From Mayamaea pseudoterrestris (lineage: Eukaryota), in contig BROI01000001.1 of NCBI GenBank assembly GCA_027923505.1, positions 434,001 to 498,000 of the forward strand: a stretch of DNA of 64,000 nt. The letters are read 5' to 3'. Each line of letters starts with the position of its first letter. Position 1 is the stretch's first letter. The notes beneath the pieces are model-generated. The model saw only the letters and a list, made by a program, of their open reading frames with translations. It was not told the DNA's origin and did not search any database. Positions 47,091 to 57,739 of this stretch are shown one piece after another. The translations under genes and the position numbers were made by a program.

Positions 47091-49568
47091 CTATTCTGGC
47101 CGACGAACGAAGCGGCGCAAGTTACCCCCGTGAGCTTGCAGCTCACACCCTTGCCGAATTCTCTGATTGAGCTGGCGGCGAAACTTGCGCTTCTTGATAT
47201 TGCTTTTAAATTTATAGCAATTTACTTGAATTGTGGACTTGATGCAAATGCGCTGGCTCTCACTGCATTCGCAGTTGCTCTTAACAAAGATCTCATTCAT
47301 GCACGCTTCCACCAACTCATCTGTTTTTCGTTCCGCAAAAGGTCTTTGTAGCGCAGAAGTTGGAATTGATGTCGGACCCACTGTCGGTCGTGGTCTCATG
47401 GTGGGTCTGCGAGTAGGGGCCTCAGTGGTTGGTTGCAGCCTCGAAGGTTTTCTCGTTGGTTTCTGGGTGAAATCACTAATTAAAGCGGATGTTGGTCGTT
47501 GTGTAGGCAAGTTTGGAGCGCTTGGTTGTCTACTTGGTTTCATCGTAGGTCGTTTTGACGGAGGGCGAGTGGGAAATCTGGTCGCGGGGCGCCTTGTTGT
47601 AGGCGGCTTTGTCGGCGGACGAGTAGGAAATCTGGTCGCGGGACGTCTTGTAGTTGGCGGGTTTGTCGGAGGACGAGTGGGAAATCTAGTTGCGGGCCGT
47701 CTTGTAGTAGGCGGCTTTGTCGGAGGACGAGTGGGAAATCTGGTCGCCGGCCGTCTTGTAGTAGGCGACTTTGTTGGAACTCGTGTTGGTTTAAATGAGG
47801 GGCGTCTTGTTGGTACCCTAGTTGGTACTTTGGTAGGAGATCTTGTAGGCCAACGAGTCGGCAGCTTTGTCGGAATTTTAGTCGGTAGTCTTGTGGGACG
47901 TCCAGTTGGCAGCTTTGTCGGAGTCTTCGTCGGTTGCTTTGTGGGACGTCCAGTTGGAATGCGAGTTGGTTTGCGTGACGGTCGTTTGGTTGGTCTACGG
48001 GTAGGTGATCTGGTGGGCCAAAGAGTAGGCAGCTTTGTTGGAAATCTCGTCGGTTTCCTTGTGGGACGTCCTGTTGGAGTGCGAGTTGGTTTCAGTGACG
48101 GCCGTCTTGTCGGATTTCGAGTCGGTGCTTTGGTGACTGGAGGTCTTGTTGGTCTTCGCGTTGGTGGTTTGGTGACTGGGGGTCTTGTTGGTCTTCGAGT
48201 GGGTCTCGTTGATGGAGTTGTCGATGGCTGATTAGATGGACTAGAAGTTGCTCGCGGTGATGCAAAGACTCGCACCGACCCCGTCTTGTTGGCGAATCCG
48301 TCATGCTCCGGCGCGCCAAAGGCAACGACGCTGCCGTCACCGGAAAGTGATACGGAAGACCCAGCATACTCGGAAACGGCGTCCCCGATAATCGTCTCTC
48401 CATCTTGTTCCCATGCGGATCCCGTGAACTTGTAGACTGTCACACTTCCTGTTGCATTTGTCGCCGGCTCGGCTGGCATACCAACAGCGACGTGGCTACC
48501 GTCTGAAGACATTGCGACGGGGAAGTCGTAAAATCCCTGGTCCGACGGACGAACAATGCTTTGTCCCTTTTGTATCCAGTTGACTCCATTCCATGACATG
48601 ATCTTGACGACTCCAACGTCGGTTCCCCAGCCGGGCGCCGCGACGGCCAACATTGTAGCGTCCTCCGACAAGGCAATCGTTTCGCCAAACCCGCCATTGA
48701 CAGTCGTACCATCAATGTCATTTCCCAGTTTGCTCCAGCGACTACTGATCCACCTGTAGACACGGACTTGTCCTCCGTCAAATCCTCGCCAGTTGGTGCG
48801 CGTGTCGGTCGAAACGTCCTTGTCAATGCTTGTCCCGTCATTGTAAGGTGCTCCAATCGCTACAACCGTTCCATCGCCGCTGAGAGCAACACTTGTTCCT
48901 GAAAAGTCATAGTAGTTTTCACCATCAATGTCAGTCCCTCTCTGAATCCACATGTTCGTACTGCTTGACCAGTCAAAGACTCTGACTTGACCTGCATTCT
49001 CCGTCGTTTTACCCGATGCTCCGTCATTGTATGGCGCTCCAATGGCCAGAACGCTCCCATCCGTGGACAAGGCCACGGACGCTCCTGCTCGATCCCGACT
49101 TGCTTCCGCATAAATGTCAGTTCCCATTTGCTTCCAGCTTTTTGATATCAGATCCCAGTCATACACTTTGACGTCGCCGCGTGCCAAGTATACTGAATCG
49201 CTGCTATAACTAAATGGCGATCCAATCGCTAGCCGCATTCCATTTCCACTGAGCACAACAGATTGTCCAAAGTTATCGCCTTGGTAATCTCCGCGAATTG
49301 GAAATCCGCGTTGGACCCAGTTCTTGCTCGACTTGATGTAGTCATAGACTCTGATGCGTCCCCGATAATTGTCCGAAAAGACAGCACTCGCCGCAAGAGA
49401 CTTGCCGTCTTTCGACAGCGATACTTTTCCGCCGAACCATTCCTCCACATATATACCGTCAATGTTTTTGCCAAGTTGCTTCCACTCTTGGGCCAATGCG
49501 GTCTGACAGTATTGTGCCGCCATGACGAAAAACATTGATATGGCAGCATGGGTACGTATTCTCGTCAT
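47091..49568 (-). CDS. Secreted FG-GAP beta-propeller protein with long cationic Pro/Thr/Arg/Lys-rich stalk and small Cys-containing C-terminal domain
   Basis: Signal peptide; about 7 W.Q.G..I.G...G.SVALS.DG..LAIGAP repeats; PTRRPT/PTK repeats. Confidence 0.9.
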   Translation of the reverse strand: MTRIRTHAAISMFFVMAAQYCQTALAQEWKQLGKNIDGIYVEEWFGGKVSLSKDGKSLAASAVFSDNYRGRIRVYDYIKSSKNWVQRGFPIRGDYQGDNFGQSVVLSGNGMRLAIGSPFSYSSDSVYLARGDVKVYDWDLISKSWKQMGTDIYAEASRDRAGASVALSTDGSVLAIGAPYNDGASGKTTENAGQVRVFDWSSSTNMWIQRGTDIDGENYYDFSGTSVALSGDGTVVAIGAPYNDGTSIDKDVSTDTRTNWRGFDGGQVRVYRWISSRWSKLGNDIDGTTVNGGFGETIALSEDATMLAVAAPGWGTDVGVVKIMSWNGVNWIQKGQSIVRPSDQGFYDFPVAMSSDGSHVAVGMPAEPATNATGSVTVYKFTGSAWEQDGETIIGDAVSEYAGSSVSLSGDGSVVAFGAPEHDGFANKTGSVRVFASPRATSSPSNQPSTTPSTRPTRRPTRPPVTKPPTRRPTRPPVTKAPTRNPTRRPSLKPTRTPTGRPTRKPTRFPTKLPTLWPTRSPTRRPTKRPSRKPTRIPTGRPTKQPTKTPTKLPTGRPTRLPTKIPTKLPTRWPTRSPTKVPTRVPTRRPSFKPTRVPTKSPTTRRPATRFPTRPPTKPPTTRRPATRFPTRPPTNPPTTRRPATRFPTRPPTKPPTTRRPATRFPTRPPSKRPTMKPSRQPSAPNLPTQRPTSALISDFTQKPTRKPSRLQPTTEAPTRRPTMRPRPTVGPTSIPTSALQRPFAERKTDELVEACMNEIFVKSNCECSESQRICIKSTIQVNCYKFKSNIKKRKFRRQLNQRIRQGCELQAHGGNLRRFVRRPE
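47555..47770 (-). repeat. 54-bp coding tandem repeat, about 4 copies (PTTRRPATRFPTRPPTKP)
   Basis: ggaaatct recurs with a 54-nt period, with mostly synonymous differences. Confidence 0.9.
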
Positions 49569-49904
49569 TTGTATGTGTTACTGACTGGTCAGCGGTAATC
49601 CTAGGTTTGTATCGGTAAGTTTGATCATTCCTATTGCAGCCTCCTTGTCGTCTTGTCTTGATCATGGTCCTGGAAGAACAAACGCATCGAGCTATCGCAG
49701 GGTCGGTTGAATCGAAATTTGAATTTTCAGCGAGAACCGATCCGATTCTATGACGTTTTGTAATGTCATCGCTAATCTTTGGAATGGATCCGTTGAGAGG
49801 GTTGAGGTACTTTCAATCTTTCAATCGATTGAGCAAATTTGAGACGCTGCATGAAAGCATCGCCGTCTCGTTCATGCATGCGAGTTTCACGCGTAGAAAT
49901 ACGT

Positions 49905-51404
49905 ATGGCAGCCATGAGCAACCGGCAAAAAGACGACGTGGACGACTCTGATAATGACGCGAGTCGAGGGACGCCACAAACATCCATGTACTCAACCTCG
50001 GCCAGTGGAGGCTATGAGTCGTCGTCAAGTAATTTAGAGGAATTTGGTGTGGAACGAACCATACATGAAGTTCCTGAGCTGAAAGGTCATAATCACGTGT
50101 CATCATCATCATCCTGCTTGCCATGCCGCAAGGAAATCTTTCGTCAGCAAGTTGCCGCCAACTCGCTAGGAAGCGATCGACGATTGGCAATTTTGGAAAC
50201 ACTCGAGCATCTTGGCGTCAAGGTGTACGTCATAAAAGGAGAAAACTGTGCGGATACAGGCGAGGTGCTCAAGCAAGTCAAGCGCATTGTTAATCTCATT
50301 AGCATGGCGACTCGCGTACTGCCCATGTCGGGTTCGCTTGAGTATGAGCGAGCCTTGTTGTATCAAGATCATAATGAACGACTATTCAATCTACTCATTT
50401 CGCATCATGCAGTTGGACCATCTGAAACCTGGAAGAACTATCTTGATTCATTTTCGGGTTTGGAAGCCATGATTGCCTTGCTGGTTCTAATTCGATCGTT
50501 CCCTTGCGCTACCTCAGAGGAAGGTATCGTTGACACATTCAAGCCCGCTATATTGTCCCTCATTCTTGGTTTGGTACTTACGGAGGAAATGAGTTTGTCG
50601 TGGCTCAATGCAAGCATGCTGGTGCGAGCGTCGCCTTCCGTGGCAGCGCACACACTCACGTGTCCAGTCGCACCAGATTTGATGCGCAAGCTTGTCATTT
50701 TTGTTTTGGCGCTGGCGAGCGTGGCAAGCGGAAATGCGCAACTAATCTTGACGCTGATGGGTATTGGAGGAGCGTGTCTAGTGTTGTTGGCCAATATGGG
50801 CTCCCGTGCATGGCATTTTTTGCGCTGGAAACCACAGCGTTACAGTTGGTTTGGCGCTGGATTCTTGGCCTATGGCAAGGCTGTCGTTTTTGGAATGGTA
50901 TTTCCGTATCTTGGACATCGCGACATTATGGTTGGGGGCAAGGCGGCCATCGAGTATGTGATTCGAACATCCTTTCTTGCGGCGCTGGCCTTTGTCCTTT
51001 CGGATGTTGACGAAGTCCAACGTTTCCTTGTAATTGGGTCGGATCGGTGCAGTCAAACAACGGTCAATTTCTGCGTCAGTGTTTGGTTTTTTGTGACATT
51101 GATTACTTGTTTGTGTATGGTGCGGCAAATACCCTTTGTGGATCAAAAGCCTTCGGCCGCGGAGCGATTCCTTGAGCCTGACCACTCGTCACCAGCAGGG
51201 TATCGAGTGCCAAGTCTACCCGACTACGAAATTGATCCATCACTGGCTCGGACTGGGTTGCCGTGCTTGTCACTGCGCAATGAGTTTATGACTGGTATTT
51301 TCATTGCATTCGCTTTGAGTGGAAGCATGGTTTACCTCTCATTGACGACATGGGACGAATCACTCGCGGTTACCATTAATCGAACCATTAGTGAATTCAC
51401 GTGA
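49905..51404 (+). CDS. Hypothetical multi-pass membrane protein
   Basis: ~500-aa ORF with many hydrophobic segments; no family recognised. Confidence 0.7.
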   Translation: MAAMSNRQKDDVDDSDNDASRGTPQTSMYSTSASGGYESSSSNLEEFGVERTIHEVPELKGHNHVSSSSSCLPCRKEIFRQQVAANSLGSDRRLAILETLEHLGVKVYVIKGENCADTGEVLKQVKRIVNLISMATRVLPMSGSLEYERALLYQDHNERLFNLLISHHAVGPSETWKNYLDSFSGLEAMIALLVLIRSFPCATSEEGIVDTFKPAILSLILGLVLTEEMSLSWLNASMLVRASPSVAAHTLTCPVAPDLMRKLVIFVLALASVASGNAQLILTLMGIGGACLVLLANMGSRAWHFLRWKPQRYSWFGAGFLAYGKAVVFGMVFPYLGHRDIMVGGKAAIEYVIRTSFLAALAFVLSDVDEVQRFLVIGSDRCSQTTVNFCVSVWFFVTLITCLCMVRQIPFVDQKPSAAERFLEPDHSSPAGYRVPSLPDYEIDPSLARTGLPCLSLRNEFMTGIFIAFALSGSMVYLSLTTWDESLAVTINRTISEFT

Positions 51405-51481
51405 GCATGAAAACAGTATCGCTGACAGTTGCAGTATGAATACTATAAGGTAAATGCGCATTATGGATCAACTTATTATAT

Positions 51482-52816
51482 TTAACCCCGTTTGGTAGGA
51501 TCCGTGTATTTCCTATACGTTTCTTGAATTTGCTTCATAACAGACTCGTCCAGTCGAATGTCAAACGCCATAATGTTTTCCTCCAGCTGCTCCAACGTTG
51601 TGGCACCAATAATAGTCGACGCCACCAGTGGATTGTGGTAGCACCAGCTTAATGCCAGCTGCGCTGGCGTCAAATTGATTGATTCGGCAATCTCGCAATA
51701 GGCATTAACTGCCTGTTCGTTCAAGGATCCAAGGTAGCGATCCATGAATCCAGGAAAGAGTGTGAGTCGCGAGCCGCGGTACTTGCCACTTAACGAACCT
51801 CCTGCCAGTGGCGAGTATGGCAGTAGGGAAACGTTTTCATGGTAGCAAGCTTCGGCAAGACCGGATTCAAAGTCTTTTCTGACCACTAGCGAATAACTAT
51901 TTTGAATGGAAACAATCTTTGGATACAAATCGGGCGCAGTCTTGGCCAAGTTGGCCATGCTGCAGACTCCATATGGGGTTTCGTTGGATACACCCACGTA
52001 TCGCACCTTGCCAGCCTGAATAACCTCCTGCAATGCACCAAGCTGCTCCTCAAAGGCAGTCGGCATGGGAGCTTGCTCATACGCTTCGGGTGTAAAATCC
52101 GGCGTGCCAAATGTTCCACCAGCGTATCGGTCAGGCCAGTGCAGCTGCAGCAAGTCAATGTAGTCCACACCAAGCCGTTGCAGTGACGCATCCACGGAGT
52201 CTAGAATTTGTTGCCTCGTCAATGCTGCGCTTCCCGGTGAGCTTCGGGGCAGCCACGTGATGCGTTCCTGTCGCCCGCAGACCTTGGTCGCCAGCACAAC
52301 ACTTTCGCGATTGCCGTGTTCCTTGAGATACTGAGCAACGGCGGCGTCCGTCCTTCCCTGCGTCTCTGGCTTTGTAGGCACTGGATACATCTCCGCTGTA
52401 TCCAAGAAATTGATCCCATACATGTCAAATGCCTTGTGGAGCTGCGCGACGCCTTCTTCTTGCGTATTTTGCTCGCCAAAGGTCATGGTTCCCATGCATA
52501 CTTTGGATATGACCAAATCAGAGTCGCCCAATCTCGTGTAATCCATGCCATTCTCAAGTCCGGGAACAAAGACATTCTTGACAATGGCATTATAGGGTGA
52601 TGTTCGTGCTGGTGTTGTCGTCGACGAGAGTGCAGCAACGAGTGGAGCGCTCGAAAGGCTAATCGTGAAAGAGTGAGAGTGAATCATGAGATACCAACGA
52701 ACTACTACATGTAATCCATTCAATCAGTCATTCGCCGTCAATACGTACATGTGTTGCAGAAGAAGCAACGTTGAAAGGCATTGGAAGAATCGGAGGCTCC
52801 GTAAAAGCAGTGGCAT
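51482..52816 (-). CDS. Tas-like aldo-keto reductase, probably plastid-targeted; 2 exons
   Basis: GTMTFGEQ, LDTAEMYPVP, ATK, DYIDLLQLHWPDR, GVSNET, IQNSYSL, YSPLAGG, IIGATT; intron 52659-52748. Confidence 0.92.
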
Positions 52817-53250
52817 AGTTGCAATGATGTAGCTGAAGCAATAGTGATGCCTTAACGTTTTGTCCAAATTTCGATCGGTTGTCAGGATGCTAGAGACTAA
52901 ACCTTTTTGTATAAGACACGTCTTGGAATCTCTGGTAAATTGTTGTGTTTCTCTGGGAGCTAAAGAGTAATGGGCGCTCTCAATTAGGTTGCTTTAAAAT
53001 GATGGACAAGGAGAAATGAGTCAGTCGGCGTCGGCCATCATGGTGGAAGACGAGGTTCGCGCGCGCTGGCGCGGTGCGTGGTGCGACAAATATTAGTCGC
53101 ACTGGTTATGAAAGCAATCCATTGCGCAACATTCGCGCATCCGAGATCCAGCGAAGTTCCATTTTACAGTTAGACGTAACTCGACAACAGTCAACGCAAG
53201 GAAGAGCAACCTTTTGCATGTCATATTTTTCATCTTCAGGTCCATTTGCC

Positions 53251-53580
53251 ATGGGAGTCGAATCTCCGTCGGCCGGCAATCGCCGCCATGCTGCAACGCG
53301 CACTGACACGACTCCACCCACCAATTCCTCTCGCCAGCAGCAGCCGCACAAGAGCGTCTTGACGCAACCGAAAAGTAATGAATCCTCCAGCAAAACCAAG
53401 GTGAATGCGAATGAGACGAAAATGGTGCATACGGATGTCTTGGTTGGTGAGTATCTACCGTACTGCTTGCTTGACAGAGTCAACAACGAACAATTATTCT
53501 CATCTTCCTGTCCGTTTCGTATTTCGTATAAAATAGTTCTGCCAGATGATTTCGACATTGATTACAAGGAGAGCAAGTAA
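53251..53580 (+). CDS. Possible small hypothetical protein with a 90-nt intron
   Basis: ATG at 53251; GTGAGT...ATAG intron 53447-53536 preserves the frame; no motif. Confidence 0.35.
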   Translation: MGVESPSAGNRRHAATRTDTTPPTNSSRQQQPHKSVLTQPKSNESSSKTKVNANETKMVHTDVLVGEYLPYCLLDRVNNEQLFSSSCPFRISYKIVLPDDFDIDYKESK

Positions 53581-53894
53581 CTACTATGCACTACATTAAT
53601 TGACGTGAGCTTGGATTTTCCTGGGTGCATGGCAAGGCATGACGATTTAAGATGCATTCCGACGGAAATGTAGCTCCTGCCAACAAACATATATATTTTA
53701 AACGTCTCTACTAAATTTTTGACCTCAATGTACTCGTCTACATCCAGTGACTGAGCTGCTCAGCATCGTTCGTATATAATTCAGCGTCTTCTAGCTCCGA
53801 CTGAAGCAGCGCGCAAGCAAAAGAAAAGCGGATCATGAGCTGCCGCGGGCGTCACTTCAGTATCCTGTCCATGCTTTACTGCTATTGGTTTGCT

Positions 53895-55685
53895 TCAAAT
53901 CGGTGTTTCGTCTTCCATGGCCTTGTAGAGACTGTAGATGTTGTCAACAACTTGCTCAGGCGAGGAGCTGCCAATTACCACCTTGTCAATGACTCCATGC
54001 TCGTGTTTTAACGCAAATCGCAATCCATATTCCTGCAATCTTGTTTCTGGCGTCAAGTCCTTGCACTTTGGAGCATTACTGCCTTGTTCACCGCTCACAA
54101 TCAGTTTTCTCGTATTTTTGGCAATGGCATATCGCACGGCCAGTGAGTACGCTTGAAAGTATTGCTCGAGAAGTTGCGCCGTTTCAGCATCCATTTCCGA
54201 AAACGTTTCGTGGATAATTGGAATGACTCGCTCGTACAAGACACTTTGATGCGCCGCCAGTGACCGCAGTTGCTCCAAGCCGGCATCCAAATCCTGCAGC
54301 AGCGATTGAAGCAGCTGACAGCCTGCCAAGGTTTCGCGCTCTTCGTCCGTCAGCGAGTCTTCACCATTGCTTACTTTGCGATGAAGCAAGTCGTCGGCGT
54401 CAAAGTAGGCCATGGCGGTCCGAAATGCAGTTTGGTAAGCGGCTGGAGCGTTTTTGGTTTCGTTAGTCCACACTCCATCATTAGCGTCGTCTGCGGGCTC
54501 TGGCTCTTGCTGTTCGACTGGCAGCAAGTAGTCGGCAAGGAGTATGGGATGACCAGAGCCCGTACCAAGGTCGGGATAGCAAGTGAGAGGGCGCATGCCG
54601 TAGATATGGAGTGGGACACTGTCACTTGCAGCATCTGCTGTAGCCGCTGACCACTCCTTCTTGGCCGCCTTGGCAATGTCAAATCCTTTGCGCTCCAAAA
54701 CGTTTATAGGAAGTTGCAGAACGGAAAAGTGACTCTTATGGTTGTTGACAGAAATTGCTTTTGTTGCTTCGAGAACAGTCTGGTAGTTTAGATAGAGTGG
54801 ATGATCGTTCGGCAAGCAAACCCCGTTGCTCACGACGCCATAACTATGCATAGTTGATGGATGATGTTGAATATAATCTTCTAGGGTCTCAAAGCCTTGT
54901 GTCAGCATTTCGCAAATGCGAGACTGACGCTCGAGCATGGGCGCACCAAGCTGGGAGCCTTGCACCTCGGGGTTGTGCAGCAAGGGCAAAATTCGAATGC
55001 ATGAATGCTCTTTTGCTAGCTTTAGTAACGGACAAGACTCCAAAGCATAAGACACGGCTTCAGACCCAATATTGTGAAAGACGCGAGCTTTTGCAGCTGC
55101 GTCGGTTGATGGAGTCAATGGCTTTGCCATGCCAACTGGATTCGCCGCTGGATCAAACGTGAATTCCTCCACCTTGACATCGTTCGGCAGCGAGTCTGGA
55201 ACACTAATGCTCATTCCTTCCGCTACTGTTCGATAACCAATGCGTACCAGAAATGTAATTGAACGCTGCTCCAGTTGTGGATTCTCGTCCAGTGCTGCTT
55301 GATAAGCTGTCGCGAGCGCCTGTGAACCGCCTTCCGGACCAGCTTCAATCGTGTCAATGCGATTCTCAAGGGCAGTGCGAACGACTTGATTGTAAATGGA
55401 AGAATCGAGTTTGGCCCATTGATGACTTCCTAGTCCAAGTTTGCTCATGATGCGAGCGTCATTGTCGTCGAAAGCGATGTTTGTTGATTGTTGTTGCGAT
55501 GAATAGCAGGAGCGCTGATGCCTCGCAGTAGTAGAGCATGATAACTTCCAAGACCACTGCTTTGGTCGTCCATGCAGCAAGAAAGCTATTCTCCGTGTCT
55601 CCGATGGGTACAAGAGCTTTGCATACATTCCTGTCTTTGTAAATGATGGAAGAGTAGAAAATGCGCGACCAGCATCCATCGCCAT
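53895..55685 (-). CDS. Divergent aldo-keto-reductase-fold protein, probably mitochondrial
   Basis: MSKLGLG, LLHNPE, YGVVSN, VLQLPIN.LE, RPL, VVIG pattern; basic transit-like N-terminus. Confidence 0.75.
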   Translation of the reverse strand: MAMDAGRAFSTLPSFTKTGMYAKLLYPSETRRIAFLLHGRPKQWSWKLSCSTTARHQRSCYSSQQQSTNIAFDDNDARIMSKLGLGSHQWAKLDSSIYNQVVRTALENRIDTIEAGPEGGSQALATAYQAALDENPQLEQRSITFLVRIGYRTVAEGMSISVPDSLPNDVKVEEFTFDPAANPVGMAKPLTPSTDAAAKARVFHNIGSEAVSYALESCPLLKLAKEHSCIRILPLLHNPEVQGSQLGAPMLERQSRICEMLTQGFETLEDYIQHHPSTMHSYGVVSNGVCLPNDHPLYLNYQTVLEATKAISVNNHKSHFSVLQLPINVLERKGFDIAKAAKKEWSAATADAASDSVPLHIYGMRPLTCYPDLGTGSGHPILLADYLLPVEQQEPEPADDANDGVWTNETKNAPAAYQTAFRTAMAYFDADDLLHRKVSNGEDSLTDEERETLAGCQLLQSLLQDLDAGLEQLRSLAAHQSVLYERVIPIIHETFSEMDAETAQLLEQYFQAYSLAVRYAIAKNTRKLIVSGEQGSNAPKCKDLTPETRLQEYGLRFALKHEHGVIDKVVIGSSSPEQVVDNIYSLYKAMEDETPI

Positions 55686-55710
55686 GATCGACGGTGCGTG
55701 ACTAATGTCG

Positions 55711-55790
55711 CAGCGGTGAATGAGTACCGTTACGATGCGTGACAGCTGCGCGAGATCGCTGCGCACCGCAGCACTCATTTTCACCATGGC
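55711..55790 (+). repeat. Copy 1 of ~80-bp duplicated promoter/start segment (copy 2 at 57740-57822)
   Basis: cagcggtgaat.agtaccg.tacgatgcgtgaca ... ttttcaccatggc present in both copies. Confidence 0.88.
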
Positions 55791-56019
55791 TTTTGTCATC
55801 CAGCTTCATCGGTTTGACGACGACGCCTAGCGCTATGAACCCTCGCGTGGTTGCAAGCAAGAGTCATACCAGCTAACGTAGCTCAGTTAGCTCTTTGAAA
55901 GCAAACTCCAACATTTCTGCATTGTCTGCTTTTGTCGCGACGTCACGACTTTACTTTCTCTTGACGAGAGCCGTCTCATCGACTCAACTTTTACTACGAA
56001 CTAAGAAGTTTTGTTATTC

Positions 56020-57420
56020 ATGGCTGCTGCTGCAGCTGCTACTGCTACTGCCGCCGCTGCTGCTGCCGCCGCCGGGACCGGAAAAGAATTCATCACTGCT
56101 AATCCTTTGATCACAACCTTTCACGCTCGATACAGCGATGCAAGTAATGATCCTTTGCAAGGCGAATATGCTGGTTTAAACAGTCTTACTCGCACTGATG
56201 CTGCTGCTGATCTTCCTTCTTTAGAAGCTGCCGAATGTATGAAGGGATTGGTGGACAGCGACGTCGAGAATGTTCCAATTCTAGTCGTTCCATCATGGGT
56301 CGAGCAAGAACAACCCTTTGGAAGAATCCGCGCCATTGTTGGAGCTCAACGTTACCGTGGCGTTCCCGGTCGTCCGTCGTCCATCTGGGATAGTCGAGTT
56401 ATTGGTTTCTGTTCGGAGTGTTTCACAGGAGCGGTGTTTAACGTTTTTGAGCTGGTAGCGGAGGATTTTATGGTTACTCCAGCAGGAGGTAACGACCAAT
56501 ATACTGACGTAACGGCTACATTGACGCAAACTTTGGAACGCCTCCAAAAGCTGCCAGCCGGTGAGGAATACTTGCCGCCACTGTTGCCAGCCACCGGCGA
56601 TGACGCCACTACCATTGTCAAGGGACGTGCGCGTATTGTTCAGGCGCTGCCCGTGCGGTTCGCACCTCTCGTGATTGGACAAGAATTTACGCGGCGGGCC
56701 TTTTTTGACTGCCTTGCACCGGCAATTGTTGAAGCGGGGCTGGAGGACGTACTCAATAACCTTTGCACATGGCTCAAGCTGTTAGTAACGTGCAGCACGG
56801 CCGACGGAGTGCCAACGATTCCAGCAATAAAACGTGGGTTTCCAAGATGGGGTGCAGACCTGGCTTGCTTCACGCACACCAATTTGCGACGGTTATTACC
56901 GGATGTGTTTGCCCGGCCCGACTTGTACCAAAGGGCGTTGATTAGTCCTTTGGTACGTCAAGCCATCGACCTGGCGGAGGCTCGAGCCTGCGAAGATGCC
57001 CGCACTAACAATGCTGGCATCCCAGCATACATAGAGTTGGGCCCAGCTTGTGGCAACAATAACAGTGTCGCCATGCGCTCAACTACAGGCTCCACAATCA
57101 CCAACAACATCGGACCAAATGGCTCCCAGGGCGTTGAAAAGAAGGGTAACAAAGCCGTCTTTAATCTGGATTACAACATTGCCTTTGAAGCCTTTCAAAA
57201 GGACACTCGTCCACTCCGACACATGAGGAAGAATCCATATAGCTATTGGCCTTGCAGAAACACCATTCCTGGTCTCGGGAGAGCACCCTGCATGGCCTAT
57301 CATCTACGAGGCAAGTGTGACTCTTTGTGTAAACGTAAGGCGGACCACACCAAGCACAGTCCGGCTGTGGACGACGCATTGCTTGCTTGGACACTTGAGC
57401 ATTTGGAGCCCCGCAGTTGA
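56020..57420 (+). CDS. Retroelement ORF1/Gag-like protein with C-terminal Cys/His zinc finger, solo
   Basis: Intronless 466-aa ORF ending CMAYHLRGKCDSLCKRKADHTKH, which resembles ORF1 termini of DIRS/Ngaro-like elements; no RT/RH/YR follows. Confidence 0.6.
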   Translation: MAAAAAATATAAAAAAAAGTGKEFITANPLITTFHARYSDASNDPLQGEYAGLNSLTRTDAAADLPSLEAAECMKGLVDSDVENVPILVVPSWVEQEQPFGRIRAIVGAQRYRGVPGRPSSIWDSRVIGFCSECFTGAVFNVFELVAEDFMVTPAGGNDQYTDVTATLTQTLERLQKLPAGEEYLPPLLPATGDDATTIVKGRARIVQALPVRFAPLVIGQEFTRRAFFDCLAPAIVEAGLEDVLNNLCTWLKLLVTCSTADGVPTIPAIKRGFPRWGADLACFTHTNLRRLLPDVFARPDLYQRALISPLVRQAIDLAEARACEDARTNNAGIPAYIELGPACGNNNSVAMRSTTGSTITNNIGPNGSQGVEKKGNKAVFNLDYNIAFEAFQKDTRPLRHMRKNPYSYWPCRNTIPGLGRAPCMAYHLRGKCDSLCKRKADHTKHSPAVDDALLAWTLEHLEPRS

Positions 57421-57739
57421 CGGTTTAGTAGCAGGTCAAAACATGGCATCATTGGCTAAGTGTACTGCCTCTGCCATTGCTCGCCCAAAGTCACAAATTC
57501 AGTTGCTGATTTTAAAATAGAGTTTAATGACATAAACAACAAGCAACGAAAGGTGATACGAACCTGAGCGACCAGTCGTCTCCTGAACTCGGTTAAGCAT
57601 ACCGGTAGGGGTGTATGAAGCGCAGTAGTTTCCTTGTCACTGAACATACCATGTCTCGTGCATATGTAGGAGCTTATCGGGTATGGCTAATTCTACAAGC
57701 TTGCAAATTAACCGGGGAGGTTGAGAGAGACGTTCGTCC

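Noticed and set aside
47233..48231. 332-aa Gly/Val-rich ORF on the + strand
   Set aside because: It is the antisense shadow of the Pro/Thr repeat stalk.
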